From positions 800,001 to 864,000 of the forward strand of contig CAVQBA010000006.1 of the NCBI GenBank assembly GCA_963710605.1: a stretch of DNA of 64,000 bases, in the 5' to 3' direction. Each line of letters starts with the position of its first letter. Within the stretch, counting starts at the first letter, position 1. The stretch is from an uncultured cyanobacterium. GTDB taxonomy: Bacteria; Cyanobacteriota; Cyanobacteriia; Cyanobacteriales; Cyanobacteriaceae. Below the pieces are notes generated by a model. The model worked only from the letters and a program-made list of their open reading frames with translations. It had not been told where the DNA came from and made no database searches. Shown here piece by piece: positions 29,682 to 41,076 of the stretch. The translations under genes were made by a program, and so were the position numbers.

Positions 29682-30502
29682 AAATAGATACTTTTACTAT
29701 TTTTATTTGATTATTATATAATATAAAATCCAAAAGTGTAGATATTGTGGAGAAATCATTATTTATTATTTAAACTTTATCTTAAGTAATATCTCCTAAC
29801 AATAAATAGTATTTACTCAGAGATCATTTGTTTTTTTCACGAATAAAAACAATAGTTATATTTAACCACAGCCCTTAATTAACAAATGCTTTGGCATTAG
29901 TAAAATTGTTTAGTCTTATCTAAACTAATCTAACGCTTTAAAGCCACAATCGTTATTTGTAATCGCAAAAATATTAATTATTTAACTATTATTTTATATT
30001 TAAATACTAAGATATGATCGAAATAAGCTACATTACTTAAGTATTTTTATTAAAAAATTACAAAGGAAAAATCAACCTAAGTATCATTGACCAAGATTAG
30101 AAATACTAATGCAAACAATCTTTTTTGACTGTGGTACTGTAGTTAAATATAGATAAATTACTTCATAATTAATAGATAACGCAAAGACGAATTCACAGCT
30201 TAGTAATTCAATCGATCGTATTTAAAAAAAACCAGAAGAACTATACGTACCAGAAAAAGTAGAAAAAAATTGAATTAAAGATTTTCTTATTAATAAAATA
30301 AAAACTGATTAACAATTTGCAGAGCTTTGTGTAACTATGTTGTGTCAAGATAAATTAATGGCTAATCACAACTTAATTGAACTTTTCAACCAAAGTGGCA
30401 TAGAGTTATAATCTTAACGATAATTAGTAATTAATAATTATTTAATTTTTAAGATAACCAGATATTACATTTAAATAAGGATTATCCACAATCAGTAGAA
30501 CT

Positions 30503-32446
30503 ATGGCACGAATACAACAGGAAGATTGGTTGACACAAACCGACTTATATCTATTTGGTGAAGGAAAAAACTATCGAATATACGACAAACTAGGAGCTCA
30601 TGCTACTCAGATAGACGGGCAATCTGGAGTTTATTTTGCAGTTTGGGCGCCTAATGCTCAAAATGTTTCGGTAGTAGGAGATTTCAATAATTGGCAGTCA
30701 AATCAAGCCAATATGGCTCGTAATCAAGCAGGAATCTGGGAATTATTTATTCCTAATTTAAATGTCGGGGATAAATATAAATTCGCCGTCAAAAATCAAC
30801 AAGGTAATGATTGCTTTAAAACCGATCCTTTTGGCTACCAACAAGAATTACGTCCGGCAACAGCTTCGATCGTAAGTGATCTATCATATACATGGTCAGA
30901 TCAATCTTGGTTAGATACTCGTAGCAAGACACATGGTTATGATCAACCTATTTCGGTTTACGAAGTACATTTAGGCTCGTGGATGCACGAAAATTGGGAT
31001 CATCCTCCTGATAATGGCATTAAAGTACCTGTACCTGATAAACAGGGAGCGAGGTTTCTTACTTATCGTGAATTAGCAGATAGATTAATTCCTTATGTCA
31101 AAGATATTGGTTATACTCACATTGAATTGTTACCAATTACAGAACATCCTTTTGATGGTAGTTGGGGTTATCAGGTAGTTGGTTTTTTTGCTCCTACTTC
31201 TCGTTATGGTAGTCCGACTGAATTTATGTATTTTGTCGATCGATGTCACCAAGAAGGGATTGGTGTTTTAATTGATTGGGTACCCGGACATTTTCCTAAA
31301 GATGCCCATGGCTTGGCTCAATTTGATGGTACTCATCTTTACGAATACGCTGATTCACGTAAAGGAGAACATTTAGAATGGGGTACTTTAGTTTTTGATT
31401 ATAATCGTCATGAAGTGCGTAACTTTTTAGTTGCTAGTGCTTTATTTTGGCTAGATAAATATCATCTTGATGGTATCCGAGTCGATGCGGTTGCCTCAAT
31501 GCTTTATAACGATTATGAAAGAGAGATTTGGATTAGAAACCAATACGGCGGTAGAGAAAACATTGAAGGGGCTGATTTTATACGTCAGTTAAATGATGCT
31601 ATTGATCAATATTATCCGGGGGTATTATCGATCGCCGAAGAATCTACAACTTGGGGAAACGTCTCTCAAAGAGTAGAACATGAAGGTTTAGGTTTCAATT
31701 ATAAATGGAATATGGGTTGGATGAATGACACCCTTAAATATTTCCTAACTGATCCCCACGATCGTCCTAATGTTCATAATAAACTAACTTTTGGTTTGTG
31801 GTACGCCTACACCGAACACTTTATGTTAGCTTTATCTCATGATGAAGTAGTCCATGGTAAAGGAAACTTGTGGCAAAAAATGCCGGGAGATGAATGGCAA
31901 CAAATGGCAAATATGAAACTAATATTTGGTTATATGTTTGGTCATCCGGGTAAGAAAACATTATTTATGGGAATGGAAATTGCTCAACGACAGGAATGGA
32001 GATATTATCTTGATTTAGATTGGTGGGTATTAAATTGGCAACCTCATCGTCAACTTCAACAATTAGTTAAAGATTTACATACTGTATATCGTTCTCAACC
32101 TGCTCTTTATACCAATGACTTTAACGAAAACGGTTTCCAGTGGATTGATTGTAATGATGCAGGTCGTAGTGTGCTAACATTCATCCGTCGAGATCAATAT
32201 ACTCACGAAGAAATAAGCGTCGTTTGTAATTTTAAACCACAAGTTTATGAAAACTATTGGTTAGGTATTCATGAAGAAGGAGAATATGAAGAACTAATTA
32301 ATACTGATGACCTGAAGTATGGTGGTAGCGGTGTCAGTAATAAAAATCTGTCTAGTAAGCAATGGAATGACGCTCCTTGGCGATATGCTCTAGAAATTAG
32401 AGTACCTCCTTTATCAGTTTCCATGTTTAAGAAAAAGAAAAAATAA
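30503..32446 (+). CDS. glgB: 1,4-alpha-glucan branching enzyme (short form)
   Basis: FAVWAPNA, YEVHLGSW, GSWGYQ, DGIRVDAVASM, AEEST, LSHDEVVHGK. Confidence 0.95.
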   Translation: MARIQQEDWLTQTDLYLFGEGKNYRIYDKLGAHATQIDGQSGVYFAVWAPNAQNVSVVGDFNNWQSNQANMARNQAGIWELFIPNLNVGDKYKFAVKNQQGNDCFKTDPFGYQQELRPATASIVSDLSYTWSDQSWLDTRSKTHGYDQPISVYEVHLGSWMHENWDHPPDNGIKVPVPDKQGARFLTYRELADRLIPYVKDIGYTHIELLPITEHPFDGSWGYQVVGFFAPTSRYGSPTEFMYFVDRCHQEGIGVLIDWVPGHFPKDAHGLAQFDGTHLYEYADSRKGEHLEWGTLVFDYNRHEVRNFLVASALFWLDKYHLDGIRVDAVASMLYNDYEREIWIRNQYGGRENIEGADFIRQLNDAIDQYYPGVLSIAEESTTWGNVSQRVEHEGLGFNYKWNMGWMNDTLKYFLTDPHDRPNVHNKLTFGLWYAYTEHFMLALSHDEVVHGKGNLWQKMPGDEWQQMANMKLIFGYMFGHPGKKTLFMGMEIAQRQEWRYYLDLDWWVLNWQPHRQLQQLVKDLHTVYRSQPALYTNDFNENGFQWIDCNDAGRSVLTFIRRDQYTHEEISVVCNFKPQVYENYWLGIHEEGEYEELINTDDLKYGGSGVSNKNLSSKQWNDAPWRYALEIRVPPLSVSMFKKKKK

Positions 32447-32651
32447 CTATATTTATTAATAGCTAATTATTAGTAAATTATTTGGTCAAAGATAAGTTTA
32501 AAAGTTACATTTTAGATTTGTCTTTGGCTTTGTTTTTAGAAAAATTAGAATAAATTTGACTTTGAGTATTACTACTTTAATCAAACGCAAAAAAATATCA
32601 GATCTAATAATTATCAACTAATTAACAAGAACGATATTAATATAATTAAAC

Positions 32652-32972
32652 ATGAATTTATTATTTGTTTGTAGTAAAAATAAATTAAGAAGCCCAACCG
32701 CAGAAGTCGTTTTTTCTGAATATACAGATATTGAGGCGATCGGTGCGGGGACGAACAAAGATGCCCCAACTACCATCAGTGCAGATTTAATTGAGTGGGC
32801 AGATCTGATATTGGTAATGGAAAAAAAGCATCGTAGTAAAATCACTGCCAAATTTAAAGATATATTAAAAAATAAAAAAATAGTCGTTTTAAATATTTTA
32901 GACAAGTATGATTTTATGGATTCAGATTTGATAGAGATTTTAGAAAAAAGAGTTTTCAAACATCTTAACTAG
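32652..32972 (+). CDS. Small LMW-PTP-like phosphatase (COG4551-like)
   Basis: LLFVCSKNKLRSPTAE (CX5R P-loop), EWADLILVME. Confidence 0.85.
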   Translation: MNLLFVCSKNKLRSPTAEVVFSEYTDIEAIGAGTNKDAPTTISADLIEWADLILVMEKKHRSKITAKFKDILKNKKIVVLNILDKYDFMDSDLIEILEKRVFKHLN

Positions 32973-33022
32973 TTTCTCAGACAAATAGGATCTAAAAATT
33001 ATCAATTGTTAATTGTTAATTG

Positions 33023-34456
33023 TTACACTAGCCAAAATAAACCAACTAAAGTCAAAATCATTACACCAATTAAGTTATCAATTTTCTCCAAATTACGAGG
33101 TAAATTAATCATCGCTTTTTTCACAAATACTAAATAAATAATTATTCCTACAACCATTTTGGCTAAAGCCTTAGTGATATTAGGAATATTATAAGTACTT
33201 AAATCGATGAAATTACCGAGTATGATAGCAGTTAATAATAATATTATCGCTAACCAAAAACCATTATCTTGAGTCGTTTTTTCGGTAGATGAATGAGGTT
33301 GAAAAATAAATCTCGCAAAACAAATAGCTGTACCGATTGCGGCGATATTCATCACGATCGATTTCCATAAAACTAACCCTTTAAGTGCTAACGTTTTAGT
33401 CACAAAACCAGCAAAAAAAGGTATGCCGATATTAGATAAACTAGCAATAACTAAACATATCCAAAGTGAATTAGCTATTTTTGTCTGTTGTAATTTTTTT
33501 AAATCACGAGTAGGTAATGCACCCGACATTAAAAACAATGATGATTTGACTATACCGTGACTAAAAGCATAAATTCCCGCAGTTGCTGGTGTCGCTAAAA
33601 TAAAACCTAACTGAGAAATAGTGCTTAAAGCAAACATTCTTTTAATATCTTTTTCAAAAATAGCGTAGGTGACACCGAATATAGCAGTAGTTGCCGCTAA
33701 GATGGTAATAACCATATCTAATTGATCTATTAATAAAGATAAGCGAATTAAGGGATAAATACCTGTTTTAATCACGATACCAGAAAGCATAGCAGAAACA
33801 GGAGTATCTACAGAAGAATGAGTTAAGGGTAACCATAAACCAGAGACGAAGATTCCCCCTTTAACTAACAATGCTACTACAATAAGTGCGATCGCTTCTG
33901 GTGGAGATTCTTGCAATCCTTCAAATTCAAAAGAATGATGCGCTTGATATTCTAAAATAGTACCCACTAAGTAAAATAACATCGCCGTGTTACTAATTAA
34001 CAGGTAACGCAAGCCAATCCAAATTGAAAAATTGCTCCGAGGATAAACAATTAAAAGAAAAGAAGCGATACTAATTACTTCTAATGCAACATAAAAACTA
34101 ATTAAATCGTTACCAATAAAACAAGCACTAACACTACCATAAAGTACCATCAGAATCGTGTAAAAAAAAGCCTTCTTTTGTTTTTGCCAACAGTATAAAG
34201 TAACTGCGGTGGTAACAAAGCAATTTGTCAGGATTAAATATCCGCTAAGACTATCAATTAGTAGATTAACTCCAAAACTATCTCTAAAAGTAATGCTTAC
34301 TTTAGTATCAGTTAAAAGTAACCAACAAGGATAAATTGTAGTTAAAGATAAAGTTATAATTGCTAGATAACGATCGATTTTTGGGAACAAGTAAATAGTA
34401 AAACCACTCACAAAAGGTAAGGTTACCCAAATTAAAGTCCAAGTATTTATAGTCAT
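33023..34456 (-). CDS. Mrp/Mnh cation:proton antiporter subunit D-like membrane protein
   Basis: DLISFYVALEV, LWLPLTHS, SAMLSG, LSTISQLG, SHGIVKSSLF. Confidence 0.85.
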   Translation of the reverse strand: MTINTWTLIWVTLPFVSGFTIYLFPKIDRYLAIITLSLTTIYPCWLLLTDTKVSITFRDSFGVNLLIDSLSGYLILTNCFVTTAVTLYCWQKQKKAFFYTILMVLYGSVSACFIGNDLISFYVALEVISIASFLLIVYPRSNFSIWIGLRYLLISNTAMLFYLVGTILEYQAHHSFEFEGLQESPPEAIALIVVALLVKGGIFVSGLWLPLTHSSVDTPVSAMLSGIVIKTGIYPLIRLSLLIDQLDMVITILAATTAIFGVTYAIFEKDIKRMFALSTISQLGFILATPATAGIYAFSHGIVKSSLFLMSGALPTRDLKKLQQTKIANSLWICLVIASLSNIGIPFFAGFVTKTLALKGLVLWKSIVMNIAAIGTAICFARFIFQPHSSTEKTTQDNGFWLAIILLLTAIILGNFIDLSTYNIPNITKALAKMVVGIIIYLVFVKKAMINLPRNLEKIDNLIGVMILTLVGLFWLV

Positions 34457-34902
34457 CGTGATTTAAGTAATAAAATGGTAACTAAGAAATAATTAATAAT
34501 GTTAAGACGAAGAAAATAAGTTTGCTCAAACTAATTACTAATTGTTAATTAATAATTGCTTTGATAAATTAAACACATCAAAACGACCTCAGATGGTAGG
34601 TGAGCAATAAAACTATCTTCAATCTTTTTCATATTTATAAAAATCTATTAAATATAATTAGGTTATAGATCATAATCTATATTAACCGATTAAGGATCAT
34701 TGAAAGAAGGATAAATATCTATCTAAGTTAATAACATTTAATCGAAAAGATTAAAAAAAATTATCGCTAAAAGATTAATTGCAATCGTGTGTTTTTTTTG
34801 AGTAGTGATCAAAAAAAAAGAAACTCAATCAACTTGATTGGGTATAGGTAGGTAAAATATAAATAAATATTTTCATAAATAAAATAGAAAGGAGAATAAA
34901 AC

Positions 34903-35625
34903 TTGTTAACTCTAGGAGTAAATATTGACCATGTAGCGACCATTCGTCAAGCAAGACGTACAGTAGAACCTGACCCCGTAGCCGCGGCGGTATTAGCCGA
35001 ATTAGGTGGTGCTGATGGTATTACTACTCATCTAAGAGAAGATAGACGGCATATAATCGATCGAGATGTACGCATTTTAAGAGAAACTGTACGTACTCAT
35101 CTCAATTTAGAAATGGCACCGACAAAAGAAATGGTTGAAATAGCACTAGAAATAAAACCAGACTATGTCACTTTAGTACCCGAAAAAAGAGAAGAAGTTA
35201 CTACAGAAGGCGGGATTGATATTCTTAAAAACTTAGATCATTTTACCTCGATAGTCGATCGATTACAATCTGCTGATATTCCCGTAAGTTGGTTTATTGA
35301 TGCCGATACAGCACAAATTGAAGCCGCCGCTAAAACCCAAGCTCAATTTATTGAATTACATACAGGTAAATACGCTGATGCCCAAAACGAAACTATTCGT
35401 CAACAAGAATTAATCGCCCTTGAAAAAGGAACAATTGAAGCAATAGACTTAAAACTAAGAGTTAATGCAGGGCATGGTTTAACCTATTGGAATGTTTATC
35501 CCGTTGCTTGTATTGAAGGAATGGAAGAATTAAATATCGGACACAGTATCATTAGTCGGGCTGTTTTAGTCGGTTTAGAAAGAGCAGTTAAAGAAATGAA
35601 AAGTGCGATGAATAACCAAGTTTAG
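34903..35625 (+). CDS. pdxJ: Pyridoxine 5'-phosphate synthase
   Basis: [37 protein letters not shown]. Confidence 0.97.
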   Translation: MLTLGVNIDHVATIRQARRTVEPDPVAAAVLAELGGADGITTHLREDRRHIIDRDVRILRETVRTHLNLEMAPTKEMVEIALEIKPDYVTLVPEKREEVTTEGGIDILKNLDHFTSIVDRLQSADIPVSWFIDADTAQIEAAAKTQAQFIELHTGKYADAQNETIRQQELIALEKGTIEAIDLKLRVNAGHGLTYWNVYPVACIEGMEELNIGHSIISRAVLVGLERAVKEMKSAMNNQV

Positions 35626-35716
35626 CTCACAATTGACAATTAACAATCAACAATTTATGCTGAGCTTGTCGAAGTATTAACAATTGAATTAGTAAAAAAT
35701 AACCAAAAATTAAATT

Positions 35717-36052
35717 ATGACTACCTATTATTATTTACTTGCCAGTGAAAATTTTTTGACTAGCGACAAGGAAAACTTACACGAAATACTAGAAGAAAGA
35801 GTTAGATTTTATCAAGAAAAAAATAGAGAAATTGATTTTTGGTTTATCAAACAACCTGCGTTTTTAGAAGCACCTGAATTAAAGGAAATTAAAGCACAAT
35901 GCCCACAACCAGCCGCAGCGGTTATCTCTTTAAATTCTCAATGGATTACCTTTTTAAAATTACGTTTAGAATATGTAATCACAGGTCAGTTTGAAGCACC
36001 TTCTGAAACGATTTCTGAGCCTTTAGCATCTTTAGCTACCACCAACAACTAA
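35717..36052 (+). CDS. ycf54: Ycf54, Mg-protoporphyrin monomethyl ester cyclase accessory factor
   Basis: MTTYYYLLASENFL...EIDFW..QPAFLEAPE...FLKLRLEYV. Confidence 0.92.
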   Translation: MTTYYYLLASENFLTSDKENLHEILEERVRFYQEKNREIDFWFIKQPAFLEAPELKEIKAQCPQPAAAVISLNSQWITFLKLRLEYVITGQFEAPSETISEPLASLATTNN

Positions 36053-36230
36053 GGTAGGAATTGGGAATAGGGAATAGAATAGGGAATAGGGAATAGGTAA
36101 TAGGGAATAGGTAATGGGTAAAAAAATAACTTTTAACTCTTAACTCTTAATAATTCTCACCGAATTCTCACCGAATAATTGCTCTAAGAGCAAGAATTCA
36201 TCTCCATTCTCCATTCTCCATTCTCAATTT

Positions 36231-36773
36231 TCAATTCCCGACAGGCGTGCCATCTAATTGGTCTAATTCAGCACTATTACCCAAATCCATCACTTCAATA
36301 TCCCATTGACCACGACGAGAGGTTTCAAAGACGACATAACGACCATCTGGACTAATTTTAGGGTTTCTTAACCAACTACGATAACCTTGAGTTAGTAACT
36401 GAGTTTGCTTGATAGCTCGATCGTATAAAAATATGTCAGGACGACCTTGAATACTAGAAACATAGACAATATATCTGCCTGTACGACTCAAACTAGGGCT
36501 ATCTGTAATCGCATTAGACGAATTCAAACCAGGTAAATCAACAAACGACTTTTCTTGCAAATCATATAACAAAATCTGCCTACGCCCATAACGATTAGAA
36601 ACCATCGCTAACCAACGCCCATCACCACTTAAAGAAGGTTGTTCGTCATTATAACGACTGTTTAGCCCCGTGGAAACAGAGATTGTACCCGAAGGGCTAC
36701 AACTAGAAATTAATAGGCTAAAACCTAAGAGAAAGAAAGACAAAAATAACTTTCTCATCATACTATTAATCAA
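36231..36773 (-). CDS. TolB-like (PD40 repeat) lipoprotein
   Basis: Lipobox-like ISSC; PSLSGDGRWL, PSLSRTGRYI, PKISPDGRYV repeats. Confidence 0.85.
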   Translation of the reverse strand: MINSMMRKLFLSFFLLGFSLLISSCSPSGTISVSTGLNSRYNDEQPSLSGDGRWLAMVSNRYGRRQILLYDLQEKSFVDLPGLNSSNAITDSPSLSRTGRYIVYVSSIQGRPDIFLYDRAIKQTQLLTQGYRSWLRNPKISPDGRYVVFETSRRGQWDIEVMDLGNSAELDQLDGTPVGN

Positions 36774-36908
36774 TCACCATAAAAAATAATCAAAAATAAT
36801 CAAAAATAATCAAACTAACTAAGAGCCAAAAAAGTCGAGTTCAGCCAAAGTACTGTCAATTATTTACCTTAGCATCAGTTAGTAATTATAATCATTGTTA
36901 TCGTCTGG

Positions 36909-37766
36909 TCAATCGTTACTTGGTGGTGTTGGATCATCAGTTTGAGCAGAAAAAGGTTGATAATCAACATACTCTGTACCTACATTAGAAACGATATCAT
37001 CTGCTGATTTAGGGCGACGTTTAGATGAAGATGGTCTTCTATTTGGTGATTCTGGACGACGAGGTTTTCTGTCGTAATCACGGTTATTTCGGCTATCTAC
37101 ACCACCGCCATCTTCCCAATCATTAGAATTATCTTCCCAAGCTACATCAACATTAGTTGGGCGACGACGAGGATTGGTGCTAGGAGGGCGAGTAGGACGG
37201 GTTGAGCGAGGGCGTTGTTGTTGTTGTTGATCTTGAGGATATTCTTCTTCATAGACACTACTGGCACTAGGACGACGACGAATATTTTCATCTTCATAGC
37301 CACCACGACGAGTATTACTACTTCTGACTGCTGTACCTTGCAAACGACGACGAGGAACAGCTTGTGGATCGTAGTCATAGTCATAATCGTAGTCATCTTC
37401 ATAACCAACTTCTGGTTGATCTTCTAATTCAGCACGATAAACACGACTTACAGGACGTTTTTCATCAACATAATTGGAATTTCTACCTCTAGCTTGCTGA
37501 GTTGCTAATCCTCGTAAACGAATACTTTCGACAGCAAAGAAAATCGCACTCCCTGCTAATAAAAGTTGACTAAATTGTAAAATAGGATCTAAACGCCAAC
37601 CATGCCACAGCAAGATACCACCACACAACAAACCCACCGCCGCAAAGAAAATATCATGATCTTTAGAGACTTCTGGGCGTAAAGAGCGTAATAAGTATAA
37701 ACCTGCTCCTGCTAAGGCGAGAACAATACCTAAGATACTAGCTGAGTTAAAACCAAAATTAACCAT
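36909..37766 (-). CDS. ycf66: Ycf66 family protein
   Basis: MVNFGFNSASILG...DIFFAAVGLLCG..GWRLDPILQF; low-complexity R/P/D tail. Confidence 0.92.
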   Translation of the reverse strand: MVNFGFNSASILGIVLALAGAGLYLLRSLRPEVSKDHDIFFAAVGLLCGGILLWHGWRLDPILQFSQLLLAGSAIFFAVESIRLRGLATQQARGRNSNYVDEKRPVSRVYRAELEDQPEVGYEDDYDYDYDYDPQAVPRRRLQGTAVRSSNTRRGGYEDENIRRRPSASSVYEEEYPQDQQQQQRPRSTRPTRPPSTNPRRRPTNVDVAWEDNSNDWEDGGGVDSRNNRDYDRKPRRPESPNRRPSSSKRRPKSADDIVSNVGTEYVDYQPFSAQTDDPTPPSND

Positions 37767-38043
37767 TACAAATAATACCTAAATTTTTTTATTTTTCTAT
37801 CTTAACGAGATTTTACACTAGCTACTTATTTAATCGTTGACAAAAGGCAAAAATAACTATGTACAGCGAATAGAGCAAGGATGATTAATAATTTTTTGGG
37901 TCAATTGTCATACTTAACGTGTTGTAAGCATGACAATTAATTTTATTGTAAGTTACTATATCGGGCGTTTTATCGATCGCCTATTGTTTTAAAGATACCC
38001 AAATTATAGAAGGGACAAAATAAATAACTATATGGAGTGATAC

Positions 38044-38160
38044 TTAACGATTAATTTTATCGGCTTGGCTAACCGCAATTAAACCAATAGTGACTGGGAT
38101 TACTACGATTACAGTACCCCAAAGCAAACTCCAAAGAAAATTAGCCAAAGAAGCTGTCAT
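38044..38160 (-). CDS. psbX: Photosystem II subunit X (38 aa, not in ORF track)
   Basis: Manual translation MTASLANFLWSLLWGTVIVVIPVTIGLIAVSQADKINR; lies between ycf66 and the YggT gene. Confidence 0.93.
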   Translation of the reverse strand: MTASLANFLWSLLWGTVIVVIPVTIGLIAVSQADKINR

Positions 38161-38250
38161 GATGTTTTTATACCTTTTATACTAAAATTTATCACTATCA
38201 TTTTACATTACAATAGAGATGAATTTGTGTTGAAGTTAAAGAAGTGATTT

Positions 38251-38556
38251 ATGAGTTTGACAATTGTTTTGAGTGTAATGCTCGGTCTTTTACTATTTTC
38301 GATGACAATTTTGTTTATTTTTCGGATTGTTTTAACTTGGTATCCGCAAGTTGAGATGGGTAAATTTCCTTTCGTTTTAATTTATTTACCGACTGAGCCT
38401 TTTTTGGTACAGACACGTAAGCTTATTCCTCCTTTAGCTGGGGTTGATATTACACCGATTGTTTGGGTTGGTATTTTTAGTTTATTAAGAGAAGTTTTGT
38501 TAGGGCAACAAGGAATTATTACAATGGCGATTAGACATAGTAACTCTGTCGGATAA
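38251..38556 (+). CDS. YggT-family membrane protein
   Basis: FIFRIVLTWYP, PTEPFL..TRKLIPPLAGVDITP. Confidence 0.9.
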   Translation: MSLTIVLSVMLGLLLFSMTILFIFRIVLTWYPQVEMGKFPFVLIYLPTEPFLVQTRKLIPPLAGVDITPIVWVGIFSLLREVLLGQQGIITMAIRHSNSVG

Positions 38557-38634
38557 ATTAAGTAACAAGTAACAATTAACAATTATTTATCTGTTATCTG
38601 TGGGAATATTAGTTTAAGGTAAAATTTTTAATAA

Positions 38635-38991
38635 ATGGATACGATCGAAGTTAGAGGTATTCGTGGTTACGGTTATACCGGATTTTTAGCAGAAGAAAGA
38701 GTTTTAGGGCAATGGTTTGAAGTCGATTTAACTCTTTGGGTAGATTTAAAAACTTCAGGTTTGAGTGATGATTTAAAAGATACTTTAGATTATCGGCAGG
38801 CAATAATGATCGTCAAAGACGTGATTACAACTGCTCAATTTGCCTTAGTCGAAAAGTTAGCCGAGGTAATTGCTCAAAAATTGTTAACGTTTGATACGAT
38901 CGCACAAGTTAAGGTTAGATTATCTAAACCTGCACCACCGATTCCTGATTTTAGTGGTTCAATTGTGATTGATATTACAAGAAGCAAATAA
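38635..38991 (+). CDS. folB: Dihydroneopterin aldolase
   Basis: YGYTG..EER.LGQWFEVDL, SDDL.DTLDY, LVEKLA, KPAPPI. Confidence 0.93.
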   Translation: MDTIEVRGIRGYGYTGFLAEERVLGQWFEVDLTLWVDLKTSGLSDDLKDTLDYRQAIMIVKDVITTAQFALVEKLAEVIAQKLLTFDTIAQVKVRLSKPAPPIPDFSGSIVIDITRSK

Positions 38992-39236
38992 ATGTTGCAA
39001 TAATTTAAATAGTTGTCAAATTCTGATTAAATTTGGGTAAGCTAAAATGTAGTCAAGCAAACGCAAAATATGTATCACGATCGATAAAGTAAAAACTTAG
39101 TCATTTATTTTCAATGTGAAATAAGTCTATTTAGTTTATCCGTTGTGGACAAAAAAATTTTGAGCAAATACCAGCGGTTAATTTAATTTACTGCTATTTT
39201 CAAACTTATTTACTTTATGATAGGGAGGTTCACAAT

Positions 39237-39449
39237 ATGATTTATAAATTTATCGGGATTAGCTATGTTATTTGGGCATATTTAAATCAACCGGTAACAA
39301 CTTCTAAAAAAAGAGATTCTGTTTGGAAATTTAAGCGTTTTTTGTACTTATATCAGATTAGATTACTCGAAAACTGTTGGCGACAAGATACTTTGAAAGT
39401 ATCTAAATATAGAAATTTAGGACAAGACGAATATACAGCAGAAAATTAA
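39237..39449 (+). CDS. Small hypothetical protein
   Basis: GGAGG RBS upstream; W.YLNQP...W...RF...LLENCW pattern resembles small conserved cyanobacterial proteins. Confidence 0.6.
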   Translation: MIYKFIGISYVIWAYLNQPVTTSKKRDSVWKFKRFLYLYQIRLLENCWRQDTLKVSKYRNLGQDEYTAEN

Positions 39450-39773
39450 TAATTAAATACCAATTATCGATTTTTAATCATCATAATAATTTTAAAAATA
39501 ACTATCTTAATCTTTATTAAAGTTGAATATAATTGTCTTAAATACTAATAATATAACTTAACTCTTGATCAAAGTTTTATCATTTATTTAGTTTATTTTT
39601 GGGTTTATAAAATATGTTTTTTTAAGTCGTAAATTAATATAATTATCTAATTTAAACGTAAGTCTTTTTCTCCGTCGATGTCAATACTCATACTGACAAC
39701 TAGTTAGTTGGTTTAGTGACATACTCCCACACCAAATTCAAAATTATGGTGTGGGCTTCCAACCCCATAAGGG

Positions 39774-41027
39774 TTATTGGCGTTTTATAGTCAGGGAGAT
39801 GCCCAGCCCGACTTTTTTAATTAATAAAGCACTATTATAATCACGATCTATAGACTCTCCACAATAAGAACAATCATGCCATCTGTCTGACAAAGTTTTA
39901 GGTACTTTATTTAGACAATTATGACAATGTTGACTCGTCCCTTTTGGATTCACCTTAATTATTTTACAGCCTACCTTTTTCGCTTGCTGATTGAGAATAT
40001 CTACAAATTGTCCGATTGCACAGTCCGAAAAACTTTTATTTAATCCAGATTTTGCACTTTGACCATTTGGCACATACCGATTATTTATTTTTTTAGGCTT
40101 GTTTTTACGTTTGAGATTAGCAATATTTAAGTCTTCAGCAAATATTACATCTGCAATTGAGCATAATTGTTTTGCTATTTCATAATGGCACTGCTTACGT
40201 TGTCTGGCTATCTTCTGATGTAGCTTTGATATTTTCTTTTGGATGAGTCTTTTAATCTTCTTTCCAATTGATTTATCTGCTTTTCGTTTTTGAAGATTCG
40301 CCAGCTTTGCCTCTAACTTGCGATAGTGTTTTTGTGGTAAAACTTGATTACCATTTGAATCCACGTAAAGTTTTTCTAACCCCAAATCAATACCCACCGA
40401 ATTACTCTGATTGGGAATAATTTCTGGCTCAAATTCTGGTACTGTTTTGTCTTCCACACTGAAAGTAATATAGTAACCATCAGCTTTTTTGGTAATAGAA
40501 GCAGTCTTTAATTTGAAACCTTCGGCGATGGATTTATGACAGATAAATTTTACTTCCCCAAATTTAGGCAAACTTACTTTGCTCCCTTGGATGCAATCAG
40601 GCTTTAATTGAGGAAATGTTATTGTCCTATATTGTCTTTTATTTTTAAACCTTGGTTTCCCCGCTCTTTTGCCTTTACAATCGCCTTTAACAAATCGATC
40701 GAAAGCTAATTTTACTCGTTTGATAACATCCTGTAATACTTGCGATTGTAATTCTTGATACCAAGGTCTATCTTTTTTTAGTTGGGGTAAAGTACGTTTT
40801 TGACTATAGTAATCAGGGTTATCTCTTAATTCTATCGGAGGTAGGCTACAAGATATTTGACAAAAATCACCTAGAGGTAAAACAATACCATTACGATTGT
40901 ATTGCCACCAAGCAAATCGATCGGCTAACAAGTAATTATACTGACATCTAGCCATGTTTAACCACCTACTAATAGTTTCTTTTTGCTTAGTGTCCAGAAG
41001 CAATTTGTATTGGTATGCTTTTCTCAT
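39774..41027 (-). CDS. tnpB: RNA-guided endonuclease TnpB
   Basis: KAYQYKL N-terminus, RuvC-I GIDLG, RuvC-II AEDL, zinc ribbon CHNC/CSYC, RuvC-III DRDYNSA. Confidence 0.96.
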   Translation of the reverse strand: MRKAYQYKLLLDTKQKETISRWLNMARCQYNYLLADRFAWWQYNRNGIVLPLGDFCQISCSLPPIELRDNPDYYSQKRTLPQLKKDRPWYQELQSQVLQDVIKRVKLAFDRFVKGDCKGKRAGKPRFKNKRQYRTITFPQLKPDCIQGSKVSLPKFGEVKFICHKSIAEGFKLKTASITKKADGYYITFSVEDKTVPEFEPEIIPNQSNSVGIDLGLEKLYVDSNGNQVLPQKHYRKLEAKLANLQKRKADKSIGKKIKRLIQKKISKLHQKIARQRKQCHYEIAKQLCSIADVIFAEDLNIANLKRKNKPKKINNRYVPNGQSAKSGLNKSFSDCAIGQFVDILNQQAKKVGCKIIKVNPKGTSQHCHNCLNKVPKTLSDRWHDCSYCGESIDRDYNSALLIKKVGLGISLTIKRQ

Positions 41028-41076
41028 ACTGACTTTATCTATTACACTATAATTAGTGTATCTTTAAAATAAAATA

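Noticed and set aside
30482-30490. Perfect DnaA box TTATCCACA upstream of glgB (near match at ~39144)
   Set aside because: Isolated single boxes in AT-rich DNA; no cluster indicating an origin.
32652-32972. CX5R phosphatase as a component of the RNA repair system
   Set aside because: It is 18 kb from the ligase/kinase pair, with no linkage evidence.
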